NCBI RefSeq assembly: GCF_964355755.1
Contig: NC_092670.1
Location: 23,856,795 to 23,920,794, forward strand
DNA from: Antedon mediterranea
Taxonomy: Eukaryota; Animalia; Echinodermata
Direction of reading: 5' to 3'
DNA: 64,000 nt
The notes under the pieces were generated by a model that saw only the letters and a list, made by a program, of their open reading frames with translations, did not search any database and had not been told where the DNA came from. Positions 53,269 to 64,000 of the stretch are shown one piece after another (position 1 is the first letter of the stretch; every line of letters starts with the position of its first letter). Made by a program: the position numbers and the translations under genes.

Positions 53269-56200
53269 ATGTTTCTTCTTCTAGGAGGATGCTTTCAGAC
53301 CAGTGGATACAGCACACATCATATTTTTTTTTCTATTATTGTAAAACAGAAAGAGAAAGACTAATTATTAACATGGCGTCCAGTTGTTTGGTTCAATAGT
53401 ATACACCTCGGTTTATGTGGGCGGAGCTCTTTCAAACCCTATTGACATATTTATGTTTTTTAAATTGAGATAACTGTTCTTGTAGCTGGTTTATACCACA
53501 CCTGTAATTTTAACATTTTGATTTATATAAAATGGAAAATAAAAACTGGAACGTTTATTACTATTTACATTAATATACAAAATAGATAATCGATCTGGTC
53601 GTAACTGCGTACTCATTTCTCGGATCAGGGAGATTAGGTTGAGTTATATTTCGGAAATAGGTCAGCTATTTTGTAATTCTTAATTAGACTCATGCATTAT
53701 TCGTAATTTCTGCCATAACTTGATAGGACAAAATAATGTATCCAGCCACTATATTGATAAAGAGTGGTGAAATAGAAATTATAGAAGGATGGAATATGCG
53801 AAGGTAAAATATAACCTCATAATTTTATGGGAAATATTTATAAATACTATAAATGGAAGTAGGGCGGGTGAACTATTAACATGTATCTTAGTTATAAGAT
53901 AGATATTAAAGCATCCTAGGAAAAAAACTAGGATATAAAAAGTTAATTTTTAATGTTTCTGCTAATTGTTGTTTATAATTTCATTATTATTGGATTTTCT
54001 TTTGTATTGTTTACGTTGTTAAAATTTTAGATAATTTGTTTGTTTAGTTTAAGATTTAATTTTGTTTTTTTTATGTATGTCGAAAACTCAAATTTACAGA
54101 ATACTCGGACAAAATGTTGTGTTGATAAGAACATGTGGAATAAATATAGATTACCTCATTAACTTTACATTGGCTTTGTTTTTCATGTATTTGTCATATA
54201 TTTGTACAATAAATTTGTCAATATAAGAAGATTCAGATGTTTTAACAATTAACGTATGATAGCATTACACCATTGCAGTATTTAAAGAAAGGCAGTGGAG
54301 GTTGAATTACCTTTTTTGAGTAAATAAAATAAATACAATAAACTGTGCCACTGACGTCACCTACTCTATACAATCTTAGTGTATAATAGACTGGCGGAAA
54401 TCTGAAGTAAAACATCAGTACATTTAGATCTTAATCTCATCGAATCAACTTGTAAGTGAAGAATTCACAATGCATAAAACGAATGCTTATAAACCAACAG
54501 CGCAATACACCATTGCTGAGAAGGCAAGATTAATCAGAGAAGAAAGAGTGAAAGTACACTCTTCCCTGGATTAATCGAATACTATGGCCCTTTAAAAATT
54601 AATAATCAAGCATAGCGGATGTAAATAGTGCCATCACAGTTCAACAAACTTTGAATTGTATAAGCAGCAACAATGTTATATATTGTGGGTGAAATCGATG
54701 AAGGATATATGGGAGGCACGCTGTACGAATTATGGCAAACTATGAAAATCCAAATTTTCATTTAAGATTTCCTGAAACATGCTCTAATTTGATTATAAAT
54801 TGATTTTTGGCATGACATGTGTATGTACCGGGTGGTATCATGTTTTCTTCTTCTCAAATGTTGACCATTTAATTACCCGAAGTGTATGTGAACATGTAAA
54901 CATTTAGGAGAAATATACAGAATTCTACATTAACAACAGAACACTTAAAAAGAAAATAAGCACAATAGTTACTTTGAATATACCAGGAAACTTATATTAA
55001 TTTTTTTTTAGAAATTTGACACACACACATCTTAACAGAAGTGTGAAAAGTATTGTAAGCAATAATTATTTTGGCGCACTAGTTACAACATAAAGCTGAC
55101 AAAGCATTATTTGTTTGAATTTATGATATTGTTAAGAATATGGAAGATGACCTTTATAGACAACAACGCTGTACTTTATGATATTATTTTTATCCTTGAT
55201 TATTAAATGATAACAAAGTTTTGTTATAGAATATTATGTTTGTTTATCTGTGTAACACAAAAACAATTTGCAGGTAAACGAAAATGCAGTTATGTGAGTT
55301 TTGGTCAAAATTATAATAGTTCTTTGGTTTACGGATAAGTTTCGGATATATCCGCTGAACAAATCTTATTATTTCTCTTTATTATTATCATCTTTAAAAT
55401 AGGTCGTGGTAAGACAACAGATTACAAAAAAGTCCCAGTACCTATAACAACTTCGAACACCTATTGAAAGATAATGAACCGTATAATGGCGAATACACTT
55501 TCAACAAAGCATTGAATATTTTGTTGGCGACGGTACTAAATTTAAAATATGACGTAAATTTCATATTCAACCAATAGGCATACTCGAGGAAGTATACGGT
55601 ATCTATATTCTGTGCCAAGTGAGGTATTGTACCTCTGATGAATAGAAATAAAACGAAACCCTTTTGTTAACAAACTTATTGTATCAAACCATTTTCCATT
55701 AAACCTTTATTTAAACATCAGAATTCACTTTGCAAGTACCATTTTGACAAACGTAAGTATTTTGTAGAATCTAATTGTTAATTGGGTGGGGAGATGTGAG
55801 TAATCCAAGCTGCTCCGGGCTAGACAGTCTAGTAGTAAGCATACGGAAGTGCATTATATATACTATATCATACATAATTATTTGTATAATTCTTATTCTA
55901 AAATATAATAGGGAATAATATCCTTGTCAAAAGAAGTACATTTAAATTATAGTTTTAAACATACAAACTATTATAATGCGTTATTTTTCAGTTTTATTTC
56001 TTTATAGAAAACTGATCAAAATGAAATACTATGCATTGCTGGTTTTATGCGTTTGTGAAATAATACACTTAGTAGCAGCCCAAACTGGTAAGAACATTAT
56101 TTTTACTAGGTCTGTTGTATAAACACAAAATAAACTCGTTTATTGACAAAATAAATCCATTGCATTGAACCGTGTTATTACTGTTTTTTACTTACTGTCC

Positions 56201-59200
56201 AGGCACACTAGTGTTAAGTAATTATTGTCTGACAGCAACTATTTTGTTTCAATTCATTTTGCTGTAGGGCCTATTAGTTTTTTTCTCAAATCAGCATCAA
56301 ATTACATTGTTTTTTTCATTACTATTCAGAGAATCCTAATATAATTTCCATGTTGATTTGATCAACCAGTAAATAGTGAATGATATTAAAATAAATTATT
56401 TTACAGAATTTTATCAACGTACTAAATATTTTGTGGTTTAAGACTAAATATTCTAAACATTTTTTTACATAAGAAACGGGTTCCTGTGAAAAAATCCCAA
56501 CCAATCCAATGAATGGTGTTATAATATATACTCCAGAAACCCTGAATGATCTTCCTAACTTAATGAACGGCACAAGAGCTGACTATGTATGTAATGATGG
56601 TTATACAAATATTGGACCTCAACTTGTTATTTATTGCTACAATGGTATATGGCGTGGATTAAAAAACCATACGCCAACTAGGTGCGATGTAAAGTCTACA
56701 GGTAAGTAAAAGTACAACAAAACTGTTTTATTCGTAGGTTATGCTTATTCGGCTGCGCTGATCTATTTGAGATATGTCTCCAATAATGATGGGGAATACG
56801 TTTTGCAAGTTATGAAGATCATTTTGGATTCTCTATAACCACGCAAGGCATTCACACTTCAATGTGTTTTTAACAATTTAGACAAAAGTGGGAATAAGTG
56901 GATAGAGTAAATAAATGGAATTTATTGCTATAAATGATTTAATGAAAGATTAACAATTTTTATCTAGATTTTTTGGAATATAATATTTTTTTGTAATTAT
57001 ATTTTGTTTTCTAATGTATATTATGTTTGTAAACGTTTTTGTCTGTTTTTCATTTTATCTATTTATCTTACGTATCTTTTATGATATTTTTTGTTATAAA
57101 TTAGGAAATAAACACAGGTAACCTTAACAATTTAGTTGAGTTTAGGATGAGTCAAATAATACAAAATCTCTTTATGTGATTATCCTCAGATATTACTAAT
57201 CTTGATTGTGAGTCCCCAGAAGGCGAATCAAAAAGGACTAACTTGATACAGACTGGTAGTTACAGAGGTGCAGTTAATTATGAGTGTGTTCCAGGCTACA
57301 CTTTGTATCCGAAGGATAGAACGGTATCAAACTGTATCAACGGAGGATGGACACAGCCTGCACCAAATTGTGTCGATCCATCAAGTACGAATTAGAGTGA
57401 TAGATAGATGGCTATGATGAATACCAGAGTTCACATCTCACATTGACATTTTTGTTATTTCTAAATGGTCTACATACACAATTGAACACAACGTAAATGG
57501 GCTGTAAAGGTCGATCTGTTTATGCTATTGTGTATCAAAATGTGGAAAATATACAAAATATTAAGTTGATTTTGAAATAAAAAATTATCAAAATCTATTA
57601 CATTTCAAAAATTATTGTTATAAGGTATATTCAGCAGTCCTAGTTAATAGTTCATTAGCTTGGGTCGGAATATCAAATATAAGAAACCCAATAATTTTCT
57701 TTTCAAAAAGATTTCTAAATTCCTTCATTCATTAATGGAAGAATAAGTTGTATAGAATGAACTATCCCAACAATTGAATGAAAGTTCGATTGAAAGTGTA
57801 CCTTGTACAAGGACTAATAGACAGACAGCCATGCCAATATGTTATACCATAAAACTCTATCTTACTTAATAGTTATCCTTGCTATCTACATTATATATTT
57901 ACACTATACATTTTAATTGTAGACGAAGAAGACGATCCGTCATCGGGTTCTTCGTCAACAGGAGCTATAGTTGGAATCGTTGTAGCAGTTGTGCTAATTC
58001 TTATAGTTGCAGTTCTCATCTATCGTTTTCATTTCTATAAACCAAAAGATGATCAGGTAGGTAGTATTAACCAATGATTTTTGACCGTATAATTAATTAT
58101 TGTCAATAAGAGGGCCTAACGTTATTATATATTCTTTTAGAATTTGAGGGGGAACGAAGCTCCGTGGAATGCTGTAGCTTTTGAACCGGCGGCACAAAGG
58201 GTATTTAGTATGTTTGTTATATTTTGCAATTTACAATCACATTTTACCAGGACCATTAATATTACACTATACACTGTCTTTTATATTTTTATAGAATGTG
58301 AATGATAGACCGAGGATAGACGCTCCACCAGTGGACCCTGCACCAAGGGTACGGTATCTAATGCATCTTTTCAGTTTACATTTAGAATCATGTACACAAT
58401 TCCACTCACTTATCTTGTACAGTGCTTGCTGTACATACATAGAATATAACATTGAAGCATGTTGAACATGGATTACAAATTAAAAAAAATAACACTAATG
58501 ATTTAAGATTTACGGTACTTCATGTGCTTCCGACAAAGAACAGTCTCAACGGTTAAAAATATATACACTTCCATCTACATTTCATTTCCTTTTGGACAAA
58601 ATATCTTGTACCGCAAACATTAAGTTACTGGTGGTAGTGTAAACTTACTTACTGTACTTTATGACTTATATCATCAGGTGATAGATGACGTTGAGTTTCC
58701 CTACTCGTCTCCAAATATTGTGTTGCAAAACACTAATGTCACCTTTATTGATCCAGTTGAGGACGTTGCCAACACTTACACGGTTACAATAGCTCACGAA
58801 GGAAGTCGTCGACAAACAGTCATTGCTCATGTTATACATGGTATGTAAAGCTCTGTTAATATAAAACGAGTTTGACAAACAAAGTGTGATGTGCCCAAAT
58901 ATGTTAATTATAATGACGTCATCATGTACATAATAATATGGACAGATGACATTTTTGTCACATAAAATTTAATAGTGTAGACAAAGCTTTAATCATTGTA
59001 ATGATAATATGCGTTGATGATACCAAACAAAATTCACAATCATAATTATCTGTATCCCCATCTTCATCATGGAATAGTTTCTGGTTTTCTAGTTTATTTT
59101 GATCAATTATTATTAAACATTAATCTGATTTCCATTGCTCTTGCAGGCTCGTATACGGAAGAAGAACTACAAGCAATGGAAAGGGAAATAGACACAGTGT

Positions 59201-61355
59201 TCAAACTACCAGTTCACTACGGTGTTATTCGACCAATTGCTCAGATTAAGGACGCAGGTACTTTTATTTATTTCACCTCCATGTTTAATATAACTACAAA
59301 TGAGTAAAGATAATTAAAATACAGCATTTGGAAAAGCTACTTCTACTTGTAAGCTGTTGAAAAAAAGCACAACGGTACCGAGTAAAGAAAGTAGATTTTA
59401 TGAAACAAATATTACAATATATAAAGCTATTGCAATAAGTGTTAATATAACTTTAAATTGTTTTTTTTTTATATAATTACATTATACCTGTGTAAATGCT
59501 TATACAGATATGATCGGTATCTGCACTGAAAAGTCACCGAAGGGGACTTTAAGGAGCTACTTACATTCATTTAGAGATGCACGTAATTCTGTTAAACCAA
59601 AAGCAAGGGAGTTGATCAACTATGCTATACAGATAGCCGAGGCAATGCAGTTTCTACACGAAGAAGAGGTAATAATAATAATAATCATAGTTAGTAATAA
59701 ACATAGGTTATAGATTATAATACATTGTATCGTGTAGGCCTATTCTGCTGTTTGAATACAACATCGTCATCAATGGTGCAAATATTATACTTATTCTATT
59801 TTCTTTGCCGGTGTCTAAATGTCACAGAAAGAGAATAAGCATTGTATTCTATCTTGTATCATACCATTAATATTCATCCATTTTATTACAGAGAGTCTGT
59901 CCAATGCTCCGTTGTCAGTTGGTTATGCTATTTCGTGACAATGTCGTTAAAATTCCAGTTCTTGGTTTGAAACATATTAGTGATAACACCGATCTCTATC
60001 GATTTGTAAGTTGGTTTATTTACAAAAATACATCTTACAGCATAACTTGTTTCTAAATCTATTAAAGGAAGTAGAACATATTACACTTGTTCTTAATTAT
60101 AATAGGGAGGAGAGACGAGACTTCCATTAAGATGGATGTCACCGGAAGCAATTGCCTACCACATTACAACAAAGAAATGTGACGTGTGGACTTTTGGAAT
60201 CGTCCTCTATGAAATTGTAACTTTAGGTAAGAAAACTATTCTTAATAAATTTTAAAACATATTTCTATTCTATCGTTATTCAAAGAATAACCAGTGTGTG
60301 CAGTGTGTTATCGAGTACTTGTTTTTGTTTGTTTCAATATCGTAAGTTGATTATTTCCAGGTTGTGGGCGGATACCTTTATGATTATACTTTTCTTAATG
60401 CGAATATATTTTTTTTTCAGGTGATATTCCGTATGATGGCATAGACGAGAAAAATCTGCCTGGATTGCTATCCAATGGCCACCGTCTTGCAAAACCACAA
60501 TGTTGTTCCAATGCACTGTAAGCGTTGTTAAGTTTAATTCATCCTTCCCTTTGGTAAAAGAGGTATTGGTACAATATGTCTTAGTACAAGGCATCTTTGT
60601 AAAAGGTATCTATGTAAAAGGCATCTTCCATGGCACAGTATGTCTAGAACAGTTAACTTTTAAGTTAACTTTTATCATTCAAGTTCAACCAAGCAGCTGT
60701 GGATGCAAGTTACATTGTCATTTTAAGTTTGTCAAAAAATGTTTTTATGTTATTTTTAAAAATAGATTTTCTCTTATGGAAAGTTGTTGGCAGACTGATC
60801 CAAAAGATCGACCATCTTTTGGTGACCTTGTTTCATATTTGAGAGTTCTAAAAGACGATAACAACGTACGTAATGAGTTTATTACTAACTAACCTATAAT
60901 ATTAAGATAGATTTTTGTGATGGCGCTAGTTACTCTTCGTTATGCGTGAATGATTTATAGAATGACGAATGAATGAATGATACCAAATCCAATGTTCAAT
61001 GCCGTTTCATGACTAGCAATGAGTAAAGTAATGATTGACACGTATTATACAAGTTTAAGATACATACTCCTCTGGCTAGTTAATATAATATTTTAATTAC
61101 TATAATTAACTATTCAAATTGTTTAGTTTGCTTTTTCTTTTATAGGCTATATGTTTTGGACCAGATTACATTGAACATCCATCATCAGGAAATCCATTTT
61201 TGTAGTTCGGTGTAAATTGATGCGGAATGTAATAATATATAAAGGAATGTAAAAACGATAATCATGAACGGCGAACGTCCAAGTAATAATGATTTACTAT
61301 ATATACTCAGAATGTATCAGTTGTTATTTGTAGAAGACAAGCAACGATTTATCAT
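53269..61355 (+). repeat. Segmental tandem duplicate of 34636-52655 (B unit minus its TE insertions)
   Basis: Colinear intergenic, promoter, intron and exon similarity from 53269~34636 (atgttt.ttcttctagg) to 61355~52655 (ttgtagaagacaag..aacgattt). Confidence 0.92.
56021..61205 (+). CDS. Receptor paralogue C: signal peptide - 2 Sushi/CCP - TM - tyrosine pseudokinase (~554 aa)
   Basis: Exons 56021-56087, 56474-56701, 57190-57384, 57923-58056, 58141-58200, 58295-58348, 58678-58840, 59147-59257, 59508-59668, 59892-60005, 60106-60226, 60421-60517, 60766-60865, 61146-61205; open frame. Lacks the stalk mini-exon. Confidence 0.92.
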
Positions 61356-61939
61356 CTATTGGTATAATAAATAATGACTATAATGAATAGTGGTTTGGCT
61401 TTACACATTTCACTTGTTCGCAGACGAACATTTATAATAGGCTACCGTCAACCATGGAGGAAGAAATAAGGGTGAAAATATAGCAATACTTTTTGTATAA
61501 TTAGTTGAAACTATAAACATACAGAACAAATTATGACAACGACTGAGAAGATGTCATATTTACATATTTTGCATTAACAATGTAGCATAGATTGTAGTTG
61601 GTCTACTAAATATTTTATATAATTTTGATATATTATTAAAAATATTATCTTCCAACGACGGGCTAATTGTTTTGTCTTATTATTATTATATATTATGAAT
61701 ACATTTTTGCGACAGTAAAGTGACTTAGGGAAAGACTCTTTGAATGTCTTGAAATTTAATTATTTAAAATATTTTTAAGTACATAGTAAACAAACAGCAA
61801 AATACTGGAACTACGTTATTTTGGTTCAGCTAAAAAATATTAGTTACAGTAAATTGAATGTTTGAATGCGAAGTTGTTGAGAATTCTTTGCGTCCCACAA
61901 TAATATTGATAATCTCGCCCCCATCGGCCAGTCAACGCT

Positions 61940-62035
61940 CTTCCATACTCGACTCATTCAAGCGTTGAGTTTTGATCAAAACACTGCTGCAGCTTGCTTG
62001 CTTATCATCATCGATATAGTAAACATTTTTGGGAG
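61940..62035 (+). other. Probable non-coding first exon of FOXRED2
   Basis: GC-richer segment ending in a strong donor gag|gtaagt at 62035/62036, with candidate acceptors at 63273 and 63403. Start position approximate. Confidence 0.45.
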
Positions 62036-63732
62036 GTAAGTACAGTACTCTACTTAGTGTTCGATTAGGCTAAACCGCTTTCCTCCATCATTGGATGCAA
62101 CACTAGGCCTAGTATAGTAGTTTACTAGCCTATGTAGACTAGCTAGACTACCTACTATACTGTAGTGTATGTAGTGTAGAGTACCCGGTCCTTTCAACCC
62201 AACCAGCCAACTTAGTTGGAACTAGCGCCGTTATTTAGTGTAGTAAGTTACTAGCTGGCTAAGTAAAGCTAGGCTATAAGTTGGGCTAGATAGGACTACT
62301 AGCCTCTACTTCTAGCTAGGCCTAACCCGTGTAGTAGTAATAATAGTAGTATCTACACAGTGTAGTACTAGTAAGGAAAGCTCAGTGAACATAGCTGACT
62401 GTCAAATGGCATTATTGAATCCACTGGCTGGGAAATTCCCGGGAAATATTACTTTTCACATCATACAGAACAGGTACTGTACATTGGCTCCACATGGGAA
62501 TAATATGCATGGAAATGGTAATGAAAAAAAACTCGCAGCATCCACCTATAATACAGATTACAAAGCACTTCAATAGCCATTTACTCTGACTGCTGACAAA
62601 TGTGGCAGCCAGAGTTATTGGTTAGTACATTAGTGTATTGCAACTTTTACAGTAGAGAGTAGGTTCGAAAGAATGTGACAAAAGCATTTTCTAGTACTGT
62701 ACCAGTATAACCTGTGATAAACTATATAACATTTCAATTTTAGCAATTCTCAACATTTAGAAATTGCCAAAAGACCTAAACTTTATCATTTTTGTACTGT
62801 ATCACAGTTTTCTTTTAATTAAACTAAGCGAATACATTAATGATTTTGCATTCAGCAAAACATTGATTTTAATTTTAACAATCAATTTCAAATGTGAAAA
62901 AAAGGATTTCAATTTTTTACAATAATTCTTAAAAGTTATAATCATGTTGAAGAAGCTTTTCTATTTTGTAAAAATCTAAGTATTTATTATGTTAAAATTG
63001 TAATTGTTTAATCAAGTCAACACACAAAATTATTGTTCATTTTGTTGATGTTAAACAGTGAATCAACAGCAGCATATCATAACTCCTAACAACCATTTAA
63101 TGCAGTGAGTACTTCACTGCATGTAACCTGCTACGGTTTATCATACAGTATCTATAATAGTGTGTATTGTAATCTGTTTACTAGAGTAGTTCATTCGCTA
63201 CTCAATTTCAACTCACTAGTTCTATTATTAGAACAGTAAAATACTGTGACAAATTTAGCTTTTTGATTTTCAGCTGTCTACTCTCGTCCAAATACTGTAC
63301 TGGACACCCTTTAAGGCTGTTAAAAACTGATCAGAATGCATTTTGAGGTAATCTTCCTACGTGTAAAATCAGTTTTTTAAACAAAACTATCAATTTATTT
63401 ACAGATGTAGGTTGCAGTTTACCACATTCTATCAAGTGACAAGTGACAACGATTTTATTGTGACAATCACAAAATACCTTCGTCAATTAACTAATTGCCA
63501 ATAAGACATTAATCTGATAAAACGTTAAAGCTCTATGTATGACATCGACCAATACCGATGCTTGGTTGTAAAAAAGGTGGAGCTAACATGATAATTTTTG
63601 GACAAAGAGTGTATCTGGTCTGAAAGGCTAACAGTATATCACCCCTTGTGCATATTATCAACTACTGTGTTTGCAGTGTACATTTGCCAACGAAACATTT
63701 ATATTGATTAATAATAATATGATCAGTTGTAT

Positions 63733-64000
63733 ATGAACAAGATTTTCAAGATGAATTTATATCAAGGAGTGTTTCTTATTTTGCTAACATTAACAATTCA
63801 AACTGTACTGTCCAGTGATGTTACCAGTGACAGAAACTTTTACCAAAGACAGTATTGCATTGTGGGTGCTGGGCCAAGCGGACTACAGATGGGATATTTT
63901 TTAGAAAGATCTAATCATGATTATATGATATTTGAGCAGAATAATGCCAGCGGATCATTTTATGTGAAGTATCCAAGACATCGTAAACTTATTAGTATTA
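63733..64000 (+). CDS. FOXRED2: FAD-dependent oxidoreductase domain-containing protein 2, N-terminal part (runs off window)
   Basis: Signal peptide, then [29 protein letters not shown]...[16 protein letters not shown], matching the FOXRED2 motif YCVLGAGPAGLQMAYFL...[12 protein letters not shown]. Confidence 0.93.
   Translation, partial: MNKIFKMNLYQGVFLILLTLTIQTVLSSDVTSDRNFYQRQYCIVGAGPSGLQMGYFLERSNHDYMIFEQNNASGSFYVKYPRHRKLISI

Noticed and set aside
52671-53364. Poly-Leu, poly-Asn/Ser and poly-Gln-like ORFs
   Set aside because: Products of the CAA/CAG tract; no real start or non-repetitive domain.
62430-62440. Perfect NF-kB-like site GGGAAATTCCC downstream of paralogue C
   Set aside because: A single short motif with no counterpart near A or B; may be chance.

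Overview
AT-rich, intron-rich, TE-dense metazoan genomic DNA; an invertebrate, possibly an echinoderm (inference only). The ORF track is mostly uninformative because the real genes are split into short exons, which I assembled by hand from splice signals and reading frame. (1) Bases 1-24.3 kb are introns 1-2 of a minus-strand conventional protein kinase C (exon 1 at 24131-24276, exon 2 at 12089-12123), filled with MITEs, tandem repeats and transposon relics. (2) 25-28 kb is a decayed LINE interrupted by a CCCAG-ended element, and a 5S rRNA-derived SINE lies at 30.4 kb. (3) 31-61 kb holds the main discovery: a tandem cluster of three paralogous plus-strand receptor genes, each with signal peptide, 2 Sushi/CCP domains and a TM helix. 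Copies B and C carry an intact tyrosine-kinase-fold domain that has lost every catalytic motif (pseudokinase). Copy A stops just after the TM helix. Ectodomains are hypervariable and mosaic between paralogues, whereas the dead kinase changes mostly at silent sites, the pattern expected of a diversifying recognition-receptor system (immune, allorecognition or gamete). Copy B has three copies of one Helitron in alternating orientation around in-frame-skippable exons, plus a 3.4 kb foldback element. A CAA/CAG tract marks the B/C duplication junction. (4) The window ends in the first coding exon of FOXRED2. Exon coordinates and substitution counts were obtained by eye and need computational confirmation.
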